Positions 40,461 to 49,976 of a stretch of 64,000 nucleotides of DNA are shown here, one piece after another (position 1 is the stretch's first letter; every line of letters starts with the position of its first letter). The notes beneath the pieces were generated by a model. The model searched no databases. It worked only from the letters and a program-made list of their open reading frames with translations, and was not told the DNA's origin. Position numbers and translations under genes: made by a program. The stretch is from a virus (taxonomy: Duplodnaviria > Heunggongvirae > Uroviricota > Caudoviricetes): the IMG/VR virus record IMGVR_UViG_3300020156_000001, positions 362,321 to 426,320 of that record; one strand, written 5' to 3'.

Positions 40461-41678
40461 TTAGGCAGCGAGGATGAGATCCTGGTATTGATCAGCGAAG
40501 GACTCGAAGTTCTTCATCGCGCCGGGATCAAGCTTGAGCTTGAAGACCGAAAGTGCCGTACGAGCACCCATGATCACAATTTCCGGCTGGAATTCCTTCA
40601 TCATGAAGCCCAGGAAGTTGTCGAAGGAGCTGTCGTACGCCTTCTTGCGCGCCTTGGGATCCTGCTTCATTTCCGCCTCGCGATCGCGCAGCTCGTAGCA
40701 CATGGCCGTCGTCAGCGCGTACATCAGCGAAATGTCCTTGGTCTTCAGTTCGGTGACCTTGCCGTCGAGCACGTCGCTTGGGTTCGGAAGCTGCGAAGCT
40801 TGCTTCTGGTAAGCGAGGAACTTGACTGCGATACCATCGCCGATGGCGCCGCCGATCAGTGCCGACTTGACGAGTTCAGGAAGTGCGTTGCCGTCGCGAA
40901 CGATGTCGGAAACAGCTTCCCAGGAACGTGGGGTCGGGAATCCGCGAGATGCGCTTGCCGGATCGAACTGGAAGAGTTCGTGCTTGAAAGCTGTCAGATA
41001 ACCGATGACGTCCTTGTTGAAGTTGGCCGTCAGTGCGTAGGTCTGCCAGTCATCAAAGTTGGGTTCAACTTCGATGTGCGTAAACCGGTTCATAAGCGGC
41101 GTTGGCATCTTGAACGTTGAGCCCTTGTCCGTCTCGCGGTTGCCAGCGGCCATGATCACAACGTTGCTTGGTGCGAGATATTCGCCGAGGGCGCCGTCGA
41201 GAACCAGCTGATAAGAACCAGCCTGAACCGATGGAGCAGCGTTCGGAAGCTCGTCGAGAAGAATAACAGCGCCGTCGTATGTGAGATCGTCTGGAGTGCG
41301 ACGGTCAACTTCATCCTTCAGGATAGTACCCGTCTTGACGCCTGGGTCACGACGCGGAAGCATTGCTGGGATAGCCCAGTTAACAACGACATCGCCGCTT
41401 TCCTGCTTGACCGGGACCGGAATACCGCGAAGGTCAGTCGGTTCCATCTGCGTCAAGCGCACGTCGATCAGCTTGTAGTTCATCGCCTTGCAGATCTGGC
41501 GAATGATGGACGACTTGGCGATGCCCGGAGGACCCCAGAGGAACAGACCGCGGCGGTCCTTGCCGGCCAGCGCGTTGTCCATGTTGACCTTGATCATGTG
41601 CTTGATTGCGATGGTTGCGTCGCTCGGCTTGAGCTTGAGCGTATCCATCTTTGAAGTGGTAGACTTACCCTTCGTCAT
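40461..41678 (-). CDS. MoxR-like AAA+ ATPase
   Basis: Walker A GPPGIAKS, MEPTDLRGIP, Walker B ILLDE, AAGNR, NRF and PTPRSW. Confidence 0.9.
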   Translation of the reverse strand: MTKGKSTTSKMDTLKLKPSDATIAIKHMIKVNMDNALAGKDRRGLFLWGPPGIAKSSIIRQICKAMNYKLIDVRLTQMEPTDLRGIPVPVKQESGDVVVNWAIPAMLPRRDPGVKTGTILKDEVDRRTPDDLTYDGAVILLDELPNAAPSVQAGSYQLVLDGALGEYLAPSNVVIMAAGNRETDKGSTFKMPTPLMNRFTHIEVEPNFDDWQTYALTANFNKDVIGYLTAFKHELFQFDPASASRGFPTPRSWEAVSDIVRDGNALPELVKSALIGGAIGDGIAVKFLAYQKQASQLPNPSDVLDGKVTELKTKDISLMYALTTAMCYELRDREAEMKQDPKARKKAYDSSFDNFLGFMMKEFQPEIVIMGARTALSVFKLKLDPGAMKNFESFADQYQDLILAA

Positions 41679-41740
41679 TTGAAATCCTCTGTTGTTTGCC
41701 TAACGTCTTTAAGCCACGTTGTTAACGCGCCTTGTACTTG

Positions 41741-41768
41741 AAGCTAACACCAGAAATCTTTTTGTCAA
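41741..41768 (-). promoter_or_regulatory. Sigma70-type promoter
   Basis: TTGACA-N16-TAGCTT. Confidence 0.45.
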
Positions 41769-41917
41769 CCTACAATTGCCAATTAATTTCTAATGCCTTG
41801 CCTTACACCTTAACCGACCGCAGTGGCCTGCTAAAAGCTGCACCATGTATGTTGCAGACTTGCCATTTAGTCAACAGGAAAATGCATCAAAAGGAACTTT
41901 TTTCTGTTCCTGCGTTT

Positions 41918-42307
41918 TTAGGATTGGAAGGAGGTCACCAGAAGATCAAGGTCTCCAACAAGTTTCGCCTTTACAGCCATTTCTGATTCAAAGAAAATAA
42001 CGTGGTTATTTTTTAAGTGCCAGGGCATTTTACAATGGCGATCCAAATACACCACGTGCCGATTGCGTGGTTTGTAGTCGGACTGGAGCTCAATATCATG
42101 TGCTTTGAAAAAGCAACGCATGGTGAGAAGGCCGGTATCTGTGAGACGTAGGCCACGAGCTTGGTCAGGATCTCCGCCGCGATAATTTAAAAAGTAGCGG
42201 CGGAGAAGAGTTTCAACTGGGTCGAGTTCAAGATCCAAGCAAAGAGGGTTTTGATTTTCCGCTTGCATCTTTTTGAGCAGTTCAATGATTTGAACGTGTA
42301 GACCCAT
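41918..42307 (-). CDS. Phage hypothetical protein
   Basis: GLRLTDTG and LDRHCKMPW motifs; TAATG coupling. Confidence 0.65.
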   Translation of the reverse strand: MGLHVQIIELLKKMQAENQNPLCLDLELDPVETLLRRYFLNYRGGDPDQARGLRLTDTGLLTMRCFFKAHDIELQSDYKPRNRHVVYLDRHCKMPWHLKNNHVIFFESEMAVKAKLVGDLDLLVTSFQS

Positions 42308-42600
42308 TATTCCTTCTCGGTAATCTCTTCGCCTTGCGTAAGCTTGAAAACCTTGAACTTATCCGTCTTGAAAAGCTTGTTTAGCTTTTCAGCCAAGTTA
42401 AAAGCGTGTCCTTTGTTTCCAAATGAGCACTTCTTATACTTTGGGCCCGGATAGTTGATCAGGCTGTTAAGGGAGCGGAGGTTGATTGGCTTGCCATCGT
42501 AGAAAACTGCATAAACGGCATCAGCAGCGAGCACCTGTTCGCTCTTGTACGTCTTTGGGTCAGTGTAGTCGAGGATGACGGTAGGCTTTGGACGACTCAT
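42307..42600 (-). CDS. Conserved jumbo-phage hypothetical protein
   Basis: MSRPKP...YPGPKYKK..F.N.GHAFNLAEKLN; TAAATA upstream at 42634-42639. Confidence 0.7.
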   Translation of the reverse strand: MSRPKPTVILDYTDPKTYKSEQVLAADAVYAVFYDGKPINLRSLNSLINYPGPKYKKCSFGNKGHAFNLAEKLNKLFKTDKFKVFKLTQGEEITEKE

Positions 42601-42663
42601 GGCGCACTCTCATTTTGAATTGCTTTATGTTAGTATTTATTGCAAAGTACGCTTTGGACATGG

Positions 42664-42693
42664 AAATGGCTCGGAGTGGTTTCCGAGCCATTT
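42664..42693 (-). terminator. Rho-independent terminator
   Basis: aaatggctcgga...tccgagccattt. Confidence 0.6.
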
Positions 42694-42698
42694 GTCAA

Positions 42699-42932
42699 TT
42701 AAATTATGACGATCTGAGTGAGATCATCCTCATCGTAACCACCATCTTCGGCTTCTTCGAGATCATTGAAAACTTCAATCTCGCGACTTCTGCCGTTTAT
42801 GTTTGCCGCGTATGAAACGGATGGTTCAAAATAAACGCTATTGTAGCCATTTCCCTCAGCATCAATTGCAGTATACACTTCAAGCTCCTGATCCAATTTC
42901 AGGAGATGCTCGACCAACTCGCGTACCTTCAC
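42699..42932 (-). CDS. Hypothetical protein
   Basis: MKVRELVEHL...DAEGNGY, a small phage-protein pattern. Confidence 0.6.
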   Translation of the reverse strand: MKVRELVEHLLKLDQELEVYTAIDAEGNGYNSVYFEPSVSYAANINGRSREIEVFNDLEEAEDGGYDEDDLTQIVII

Positions 42933-43186
42933 TTTGCAGCCTCAGCTTCCAATTGCTTCATAATTGGGTTCTTGTTGAGGTCGCTCCAGCCGCCGATGCG
43001 AACACCATCGACAAACATTTGAGGAACTGTAGATACACCTGGATTCTGTGCATAAAACTGCATCTTGCTTGCGGAGTCTTCAAAAATCACTCGGCTGTGC
43101 TTGATATTATGCTGGGCAAGCCATGCCATCATATTGCGGCAAAATGGGCAACCCATTGTTACGTAAATCTTAATTTCTCTTTCCAT
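42929..43186 (-). CDS. Glutaredoxin
   Basis: CPFC, TVPQ and IGG motifs. Confidence 0.9.
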   Translation of the reverse strand: MEREIKIYVTMGCPFCRNMMAWLAQHNIKHSRVIFEDSASKMQFYAQNPGVSTVPQMFVDGVRIGGWSDLNKNPIMKQLEAEAAK

Positions 43187-43189
43187 GTG

Positions 43190-43492
43190 TCACCACCCTT
43201 TTGAACCTATATGAAAATCCTTACGAATGTTATATTCTGAATATTCCTCAGCACAATGGTAGTTATTCCGAACTTCTTGTTCGGTCAGTGTACCAAAATG
43301 TTTGCGAGGGTTACCGCAGCAATAACGGCTGCAAGTCTGTGGACTAGAATGACGACGTAGCGACCATTCGTGAATCCGTTTTAATTGTTCGTCTTTGGTT
43401 TCAACACGACCAAAAACAGTTCGTGTCATCCAAGTTTTGACCTCAGCGATTTTACGTTCTCGCTGAGCTCTTCTCCAAGCTCGATTCCGCAT
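43190..43492 (-). CDS. Basic protein with CSxxCCGNPR motif
   Basis: GGAGG SD before ATG 43492; Arg-rich N-terminus; CSRYCCGNPRK. Confidence 0.65.
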   Translation of the reverse strand: MRNRAWRRAQRERKIAEVKTWMTRTVFGRVETKDEQLKRIHEWSLRRHSSPQTCSRYCCGNPRKHFGTLTEQEVRNNYHCAEEYSEYNIRKDFHIGSKGW

Positions 43493-43575
43493 GTTGACCT
43501 CCACATGTGAGGCCGGGACCTATTCCCGGACCTTACATGTTGGTCATCGCAACCTCGATTGTATTATCGCCCATC

Positions 43576-44427
43576 TTACACCTCAAAATGTGCCATAGAC
43601 CATCCAGCACCAATATTCTCGTGCGGATATCCGTAGCAATTATTTACCAGCGTTACACCTTTATGGGTGAATGTGCGCCGGGTGTGAGTATGACCATAAG
43701 CCCAAAGCTTGATCTTACCAGTGTTCAAGTCGAAAAGCTGTTCAAGACCTGTGTTGACATAGCTAGGGGAACCAGTGTTCCAAACCGTGTCACCTTCACG
43801 CCATTCCAAGCAATCCGCTATTGGAGCACTATGCGTGACAACCACTATGGAGTCAATAAACGAGTCTTGGTTTGCTTGTTCGATTGCAGTCTTCATTTGG
43901 TCGATTTGAGCAGCACCAAACACATTGGGCCAATTAAACGTACCAAAGTATAAGCTGTTGTCCTTGCTATAATCACACCAGCTTGCAAGAGCCATAGGAA
44001 ATGTAATGCCACGTGGTTCGTGGCAACGCCAATCATACCAAGCATTTGCACCAATAAAAGCGGTACGTCCAATATCAAAGCGGCAATCTTTATCGCCGTT
44101 CAAATAGTGAACATTGGGCAATGAATTAGCAAAGGAATGGATGAGCGCCATATTGGTGTCAACCGCATACGTGTTTATTGTGGAATGATGCTCATGATTT
44201 CCATCAGTAAACACAACATGTTCATAAATTCGGCTAGCTTCGCCAAGTAGCTCAAACAAATCATCCACGTTATCGCTGACATCACCAGTGATAACCAAAG
44301 TGGAAGCACCAACAGTGCGGTGCTTTTTAAAATCAAAGTGGGAAAATTGACCATCCTCGTGGTACGTCATATCCAAATGACGGTCCACATGTAGGTCTCC
44401 ACAAACGTCAATCTTTATCAAAGCCAC
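43576..44427 (-). CDS. Calcineurin-like metallophosphoesterase; start uncertain
   Basis: GDLH, TGD, GNHE, THSAP and GHTH motifs. Confidence 0.85.
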   Translation of the reverse strand: MALIKIDVCGDLHVDRHLDMTYHEDGQFSHFDFKKHRTVGASTLVITGDVSDNVDDLFELLGEASRIYEHVVFTDGNHEHHSTINTYAVDTNMALIHSFANSLPNVHYLNGDKDCRFDIGRTAFIGANAWYDWRCHEPRGITFPMALASWCDYSKDNSLYFGTFNWPNVFGAAQIDQMKTAIEQANQDSFIDSIVVVTHSAPIADCLEWREGDTVWNTGSPSYVNTGLEQLFDLNTGKIKLWAYGHTHTRRTFTHKGVTLVNNCYGYPHENIGAGWSMAHFEV

Positions 44428-44650
44428 CTCCGTCGAGGGCAATTTCTGTTGGTCCAGAAGTAGCTCGCTTCTGCAACTCAACAATATCCTCGAGAAGGGT
44501 ATTTTGGCGCGCCAACATTAGCGAGATAGATGCGGACAGATCGATCGCTTCCTGAATGCTAAGCTTGACTTCGCTGGCTTTACGATTGCTTGCGGATTGC
44601 ACTTTGCTGATAAATGCAACCACATTGCCTGATGCTTGAACTTTGCTCAT
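44408..44650 (-). CDS. Small conserved phage protein
   Basis: Ends EIALDGGGF; coupled to neighbours. Confidence 0.6.
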   Translation of the reverse strand: MSKVQASGNVVAFISKVQSASNRKASEVKLSIQEAIDLSASISLMLARQNTLLEDIVELQKRATSGPTEIALDGGGFDKD

Positions 44651-45114
44651 TATAGCTTCTTCAAATTAGCGTTAGTATTCAACGTACTCAAGTGGTTAAG
44701 CATTTCCAGTCGGTTCTTGAATGGTCCGACATGCTCATAAGTTTCAATGGTTGTACGCTTTGGACAATAAGCTTGGGTCCAGCCCTGTGCGAATAGGAGA
44801 CCCCAATAACCCGCAACAAACTCTGTTTTTGTGCCCGTTTTGCAATATGTGGGCGGTTCATCTGCGGTTTTAGTAATTGCGCCGGAATGCTTTACCGGGT
44901 AACCATTGAGCGTGCTGTTGTCGATAACTTCTTCACGCTCTACGACCTTGATATTGCCGTACTTTTTCTTAACCTCTTCAAGACTTGCATAAGTTGTGCG
45001 CGTCTTGGGGCCCATAAACATGTAGCCCTCGTCCGTCTTGAAAAGAATGCCACTGTTGGAATCTCCTGCACGAAAAATCCAGGAGTTCTCAGTCAGTTGT
45101 AAAATCTTTGCCAC
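44650..45114 (-). CDS. Phage hypothetical protein
   Basis: AGYW...CPK...Y..VGPFK. Confidence 0.6.
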   Translation of the reverse strand: MAKILQLTENSWIFRAGDSNSGILFKTDEGYMFMGPKTRTTYASLEEVKKKYGNIKVVEREEVIDNSTLNGYPVKHSGAITKTADEPPTYCKTGTKTEFVAGYWGLLFAQGWTQAYCPKRTTIETYEHVGPFKNRLEMLNHLSTLNTNANLKKL

Positions 45115-45121
45115 TTAATCC

Positions 45122-45574
45122 TCAGTCATCCCGAAGACACGCAGGAACCTCAATGTCTTCTTTATAAAAGTTTGAAAAGTAAACGTCTCGATTTATAAGA
45201 CGATGTATATCTGTTTTAGCATTTGCCCACGCGGAAATCAAAAATCCATCGCGTGCAATAACATAGGAAAAGTCTTTTTCTTCGTCCAAATGATGGACGC
45301 GAATTAATGCCTTCTGCATAATTTTGGAAGGCATATCGTACTTATCTACGAGCTCGTAGATTTCAACCAGCGTGTTACGAGGGTGAAGCAGATCAGCGCG
45401 TGAAGGAAGCGGAATAGCTCCCTTATGTTCATCCATTAATTGGTTGGCGCTGTGAAAAGTTGTTTGAACCTTTTCAAAATTACCGAAAAACTCCAAGCAC
45501 ATATGCCCCACATATGTTGGTAACCCAATGTCATAGTGGTAGCGGATGAAGTTCGGTTTGCTGGTCGGCTTCAT
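45122..45574 (-). CDS. Hypothetical protein
   Basis: AGGA SD; 150 aa. Confidence 0.55.
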   Translation of the reverse strand: MKPTSKPNFIRYHYDIGLPTYVGHMCLEFFGNFEKVQTTFHSANQLMDEHKGAIPLPSRADLLHPRNTLVEIYELVDKYDMPSKIMQKALIRVHHLDEEKDFSYVIARDGFLISAWANAKTDIHRLINRDVYFSNFYKEDIEVPACLRDD

Positions 45575-45754
45575 GGTATTTTCCTGTATCGATCTGGTAT
45601 GTGATATTGTGCGGTGCGAGAAGACTACTAAAAACTAAAATGAATTCGCAATACTTCTCCGTCACCAATGCGCCCGTAAACAGAGCGCACCCCTACGCTC
45701 ATAACCGAACCTTAAACATATTTTAGCTTACAGTCAACGCTCAAAAACCACTAG

Positions 45755-46813
45755 TTATTTTGCGTAGGGAGCCGACAACATTGCCGCGTATTCGTTTGGA
45801 TTCTTACCAATGTTGAACAAGTTCATTTCTTCAGTAAATCTGAGGAACCAAATACCTACCATAGAAACCTTGTCCTTTGCCACAGCCGTATAGATGCATT
45901 CGTCCATTTCATGCTTGACGTCATCCGGCTGTTGCGTTAGGTCGATTAGCTTCTTGTTGAAGTTGAACTCATCGAGAACGCGAACACGCTTGGTAATTGG
46001 ATTGCCTTGGTCATCAAGACCAATCAGCTTATCCCACTCCTGCAACATAAAGTTGTTCCAGTTAAAGCCACGTGCTTTGCGGTCATCATAGGCTTCGCGG
46101 ATGCCTGGCTTCTTTGACGAACCATGCTCACGCACGCCGGGGAACGCGCTCATAATATTGTCGGACGCATCGCCGCGGACAATCTTCGTAAACAGCGCGT
46201 ATTCGGGATCAGGCTTTTCCATCGGCTCTTCGTGCGGCTTTTTGATCTTCTTGCCGTTTTTGTCCACAACCGTTTTGTTGGTCTTCTTCACAACTGGCTT
46301 ATCATCGTCATCAAAGAAGCCATCGGTGGAAATTGTCCAGCCACGAACACCATCATACATTTTAACTGTTGGCGATAGCAGCTGGAAGAAGTCGCGGTCC
46401 GAACTGATGATAACGTGGGAATCATCCGGATGGTTTTGAATCCACCGTGCAATCATGTCATCGGCTTCAGCAGTTGGGCACTGAAGAACGGTTGCATTGG
46501 TTTTGGTACGGATAAAGTCCATAAAGATATCAAACGCACCAAAGAAGAACTCGTTGTCCTCGCGTTCCTTCTTTGACAATACAGCTTGCTGAACTTTACG
46601 CTGAGCCTTATATTGGGAATAATGAGAATGGCGCCAGCTACGACCTTCGAGGCAAAACACGATGTGGTCTGCTTTAAACTTGCGCCAGCTCATGCGCAGG
46701 GAGTTCAACGTAACATGGAGCGCCATGCCCGCTTTGATATCAATTGTGCCCTGTGTAGCGTGGAGCATACGGTGGGCCATGTTGTTCAAGTCAACAATAA
46801 GATACGTGCTCAT
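45755..46813 (-). CDS. rnh: T4 RNase H-like 5'-3' exonuclease (FEN family)
   Basis: LIVD, SWR...YK..R, EADD, SSDRDFFQL and GDASDNI motifs. Confidence 0.88.
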   Translation of the reverse strand: MSTYLIVDLNNMAHRMLHATQGTIDIKAGMALHVTLNSLRMSWRKFKADHIVFCLEGRSWRHSHYSQYKAQRKVQQAVLSKKEREDNEFFFGAFDIFMDFIRTKTNATVLQCPTAEADDMIARWIQNHPDDSHVIISSDRDFFQLLSPTVKMYDGVRGWTISTDGFFDDDDKPVVKKTNKTVVDKNGKKIKKPHEEPMEKPDPEYALFTKIVRGDASDNIMSAFPGVREHGSSKKPGIREAYDDRKARGFNWNNFMLQEWDKLIGLDDQGNPITKRVRVLDEFNFNKKLIDLTQQPDDVKHEMDECIYTAVAKDKVSMVGIWFLRFTEEMNLFNIGKNPNEYAAMLSAPYAK

Positions 46814-46857
46814 ATGAAATCCTTAAAATTTTATCTATTATGCTGGAAACAGACGTA

Positions 46858-47373
46858 TCAGTCAATTTCCAAGTGCTTTAGGATTTCAGCAACTGTTTGG
46901 TCACCTGTTACAACTTCGGTAAACGGAATGCGACGAGAGTTGAGCAAACGATGTAGCTTGTCGTCGATTTCCTTTGCTTGGTCTGCATTTTGGTTACGGC
47001 CGACTTCCTGAAACTTGATATCCGCACGATTCAGCATAAAGCAGCGGTTGTCGTAGTTGTCCCAAGCTTCAAGCACAAGTGGTTCGAATGTTTTCATGTA
47101 GTCGGGTTGTGCATAGATGAGACCCAACACAAACGGACCATCTGTTATCACATAGTCAACTTTGCCTTCAAGCCGTGCAACACGACGCTGTTGCTTGGCG
47201 AGAATGTAAAGCTGATCCGCAAGGATGTTGCCGCGACCTTCCCAAGTCATGTCTTTGGCGTATTCAGTGACCAACTCCGCATTGAGGCCACGCTTTTTCA
47301 TTTCGTAAAACAGGCCGGCTGCGGTTGTGCTTTTGCCCGCGCCTGGGCCACCAAAAACGTTAATAACAATCAT
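46858..47373 (-). CDS. P-loop ATPase/kinase (AAA_28/NadR-like)
   Basis: GGPGAGKST, EYAK, ITD.P and GRNQ motifs. Confidence 0.75.
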   Translation of the reverse strand: MIVINVFGGPGAGKSTTAAGLFYEMKKRGLNAELVTEYAKDMTWEGRGNILADQLYILAKQQRRVARLEGKVDYVITDGPFVLGLIYAQPDYMKTFEPLVLEAWDNYDNRCFMLNRADIKFQEVGRNQNADQAKEIDDKLHRLLNSRRIPFTEVVTGDQTVAEILKHLEID

Positions 47374-48119
47374 TAGGAAAACTCCGTCCTGTCACCGTTT
47401 GACTTCCGCTGTGTCGTGGACGCGCTTGGAACCTCTTCCGGCATAATGAAGTCCGGATCAGTGTTGAACACGTCTACGCACGTCTGGGTGAACCATTGAT
47501 CTACAATTTCAGACTGGGACATACCTGTGTAGCCGGAGTTCATAAGATCCGCTACAAATGGCTCATTCCAATCAAGTTCAAATTCCAAGCTATTGCCGCC
47601 TTCGGGATCATATTTGATCTCCGCATGGATCACATGGACCCAAGGCTTACCGTTGATGGTAGCAATCTCTTTTTCGTACTCAAGCTCCGTGATCACCTCA
47701 TGCTGGCGATTTAGATTTGCCATTGCAATTTTGTAATCAGCGGATTCCTTGTTCTTGTGCTGTAGCGCGACAATTTCCTTGTCGTACTCGTATTGCTCAA
47801 TCTCTCCGTGATCGAGCCGTACCTTAAGCATTCCCTGCTTATGCTCGGCTGACTTTTTGTTTGGATGATCCAACGCAACAATTGCCGCATCATACGTGCG
47901 GTCATCAATTATCCCGTATTCAAGATCCAGTGTCAGCCGCTTGCGCTTTGCGTTGGCTTTTTCCTGTGGAGTTAGAATGCCAGCGGATTCAATCTCCAGC
48001 AAACGGTATTCCAGTTCTTTGCCACTCAAATTGTAATAGGCTTCGGCGATGTCGCGGGTTTTACCGCGCAATCCCCAATGCGATGGAAGCATACCAAAGG
48101 GTATAAACTTTCTGCTCAC
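47373..48119 (-). CDS. Phage hypothetical protein
   Basis: ELDWNEPFV..L...GY.G...EIVDQWF. Confidence 0.65.
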   Translation of the reverse strand: MSRKFIPFGMLPSHWGLRGKTRDIAEAYYNLSGKELEYRLLEIESAGILTPQEKANAKRKRLTLDLEYGIIDDRTYDAAIVALDHPNKKSAEHKQGMLKVRLDHGEIEQYEYDKEIVALQHKNKESADYKIAMANLNRQHEVITELEYEKEIATINGKPWVHVIHAEIKYDPEGGNSLEFELDWNEPFVADLMNSGYTGMSQSEIVDQWFTQTCVDVFNTDPDFIMPEEVPSASTTQRKSNGDRTEFS

Positions 48120-48388
48120 TTAATCGGCTCCTTTGTTGCCATCTCCTGAAGAGATTGTGGCAACATATCATACGTTGCTTGTCTCATATACTTACCATGT
48201 GAGAAAGCCAGCCAAAGCGCCGTAAGCTCTTCATTTGTAAGGGTTCGAGTAGGCCGGAACAGATAAAAGTCCTGCCGCGTCTCAGAATTCTTCGAGAAGA
48301 ACGGAAAGTTTCTCAGCAACGACAGCCGACTCAACGCACGGAACAGATATTCTCTCTTCGAGATATTTGGTATTACACACCAAGACAA
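48116..48388 (-). CDS. Hypothetical protein; start uncertain
   Basis: Stop overlaps the downstream gene, and the ORF also overlaps the upstream ORF. Confidence 0.35.
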   Translation of the reverse strand: MSWCVIPNISKREYLFRALSRLSLLRNFPFFSKNSETRQDFYLFRPTRTLTNEELTALWLAFSHGKYMRQATYDMLPQSLQEMATKEPIK

Positions 48389-48521
48389 CGCAATCTTCTC
48401 CAGTTTCTACGAGACTCACATAATGCTGTGGAAGCATCCTGAATCCTTCGTCTGTATAAAGCATGAACATACCCTGTTCATGATCATAACCAATCTCGTT
48501 GGTTACCCTATAAATGCTCAT
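48282..48521 (-). CDS. Hypothetical protein
   Basis: AAGGA SD. Confidence 0.5.
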   Translation of the reverse strand: MSIYRVTNEIGYDHEQGMFMLYTDEGFRMLPQHYVSLVETGEDCVVLVCNTKYLEERISVPCVESAVVAEKLSVLLEEF

Positions 48522-48561
48522 ATCTATTCCTTAATTAGGATTTAGATAAAATTCAACCTAA

Positions 48562-48786
48562 TTATGCCCAGCCTAGATCGCTCATAAATTCGAGAATGTA
48601 ATCGCTTGCACTCCCGTTTTCATTTGCTCCTGTGTGAAGAACGATAACTTTTCCATTGCGCAAGTGAATGTCCACGTAACCAATGCGATCATCGTTTTCA
48701 GTAAGTGCGATGATCTCACTCTTTAAGATCACTGCCATGACTTCATCGTCGTCGTCGGCATTTGCAATGATTAGAACGTCACTCAT
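48562..48786 (-). CDS. Small acidic hypothetical protein
   Basis: GGAG SD; TAATG coupling. Confidence 0.55.
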   Translation of the reverse strand: MSDVLIIANADDDDEVMAVILKSEIIALTENDDRIGYVDIHLRNGKVIVLHTGANENGSASDYILEFMSDLGWA

Positions 48787-48992
48787 TAAGTCCACTCCAA
48801 AAAGCTAATAAATTGTTCCGCGCAGCTTTCCGGATTATCCACGTAAGTTTCAACTTTGTTACCACCCTCTAGGAAGATGTGAAACGAACCGGAATCGGAC
48901 GTACCAAAGCCTCGGATCTGATCCTTGAGGAGGTATTGCTTACCTCCCCAAACTTCAGTGAGGACGATAAAGTTATCGAACTCTTGTATCAT
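48786..48992 (-). CDS. Small hypothetical protein (FlbD-like pattern)
   Basis: ATGA overlap with the queE stop. Confidence 0.5.
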   Translation of the reverse strand: MIQEFDNFIVLTEVWGGKQYLLKDQIRGFGTSDSGSFHIFLEGGNKVETYVDNPESCAEQFISFLEWT

Positions 48993-49930
48993 GCTAAGCT
49001 CGCATACAAGTGGATTTGCAGGTTCAAGATGAAACCATGTGTCACGCAATAACGCGCCGCGTATTCGTGATTCTTTTGGTTTAGCTCCATGTTTAGCAGA
49101 CCAGGTTCCCAGAAGCTAATCACTTCATCAACAGTAGAACGCTCTTCCAGCGTGATCTCATTGTTCAAAGCACGTTGCTTCTTACTCATCGCAGGAATGT
49201 CGTTGTACTCGTTCATTGGGCTTACGAATACTGGGCGACCATAAACCTGTGCCCACTCATGTGCCCAATCCGGTACTTCCGAGTAAGGAGAACCTTCGGT
49301 AGCTTCCATAACAAACTTCAAGCAGCTTGCGCGTTCAAGCACTTCCTTGCGTGGAGTCAGGTACTTTGTAGCAACCATTTGACCCGTAACTGGATCCTTC
49401 TTTTCCGCACACTTTGGTGAGATGACCAAAGTTGTAGAATCGGGAATCGCAGTGTTTTGCGTGCCATTGCTTTCGATTTGGGTGTTTTCGAAGATGCCAA
49501 CCATACGCTCAAGGAATGGCCCGATATTGTCCTGCAGCATGGGTTCGCCGCCGGTCATAACAAGTACCATACGCTTTTTGATTTCGGCACGTTCGATTTG
49601 TGCCACACCCATAGAATCAAATGGTGGATTGTACTTCTGATGGCGCGTCCAACCCGGACGGTCCATTCCGATTTCCTTGTAGAAATCTTCGATGGTGGTT
49701 TCAATACGTTCTTCAATTTGATCAAAGGTGAGCCAGTCACCATCATCGAAAAACGTGTCGCAGAAGCTGCAAGCCAAGTTGCACTTTGCCAGACGAATAA
49801 AAAACGCCGGCATACCACGATATGGTCCTTCGCCCTGCAATGTCATAAACATTGAAGTAACAAACATCTGCTGCTTGTCAGCGTCTTTGAAATACTTTTT
49901 TCCTACGATTTCGTTTTTACCGAACATCAC
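48989..49930 (-). CDS. queE: 7-carboxy-7-deazaguanine synthase (radical SAM)
   Basis: TLQGEG, FIRLAKCNLACSFCDT, TGGEP, IESNG, ISPK and LQIH motifs. Confidence 0.9.
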   Translation of the reverse strand: MMFGKNEIVGKKYFKDADKQQMFVTSMFMTLQGEGPYRGMPAFFIRLAKCNLACSFCDTFFDDGDWLTFDQIEERIETTIEDFYKEIGMDRPGWTRHQKYNPPFDSMGVAQIERAEIKKRMVLVMTGGEPMLQDNIGPFLERMVGIFENTQIESNGTQNTAIPDSTTLVISPKCAEKKDPVTGQMVATKYLTPRKEVLERASCLKFVMEATEGSPYSEVPDWAHEWAQVYGRPVFVSPMNEYNDIPAMSKKQRALNNEITLEERSTVDEVISFWEPGLLNMELNQKNHEYAARYCVTHGFILNLQIHLYASLA

Positions 49931-49976
49931 AAACTCCTAAATTCCTAATTACCCTAACAGAGCAGATAGATAAAAT

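Noticed and set aside
37788-41120. Long + strand ORFs of about 200 aa opposite the VWA/MoxR genes
   Set aside because: They are antisense shadows of well-supported genes with biased codon usage, and show no SD or motifs.
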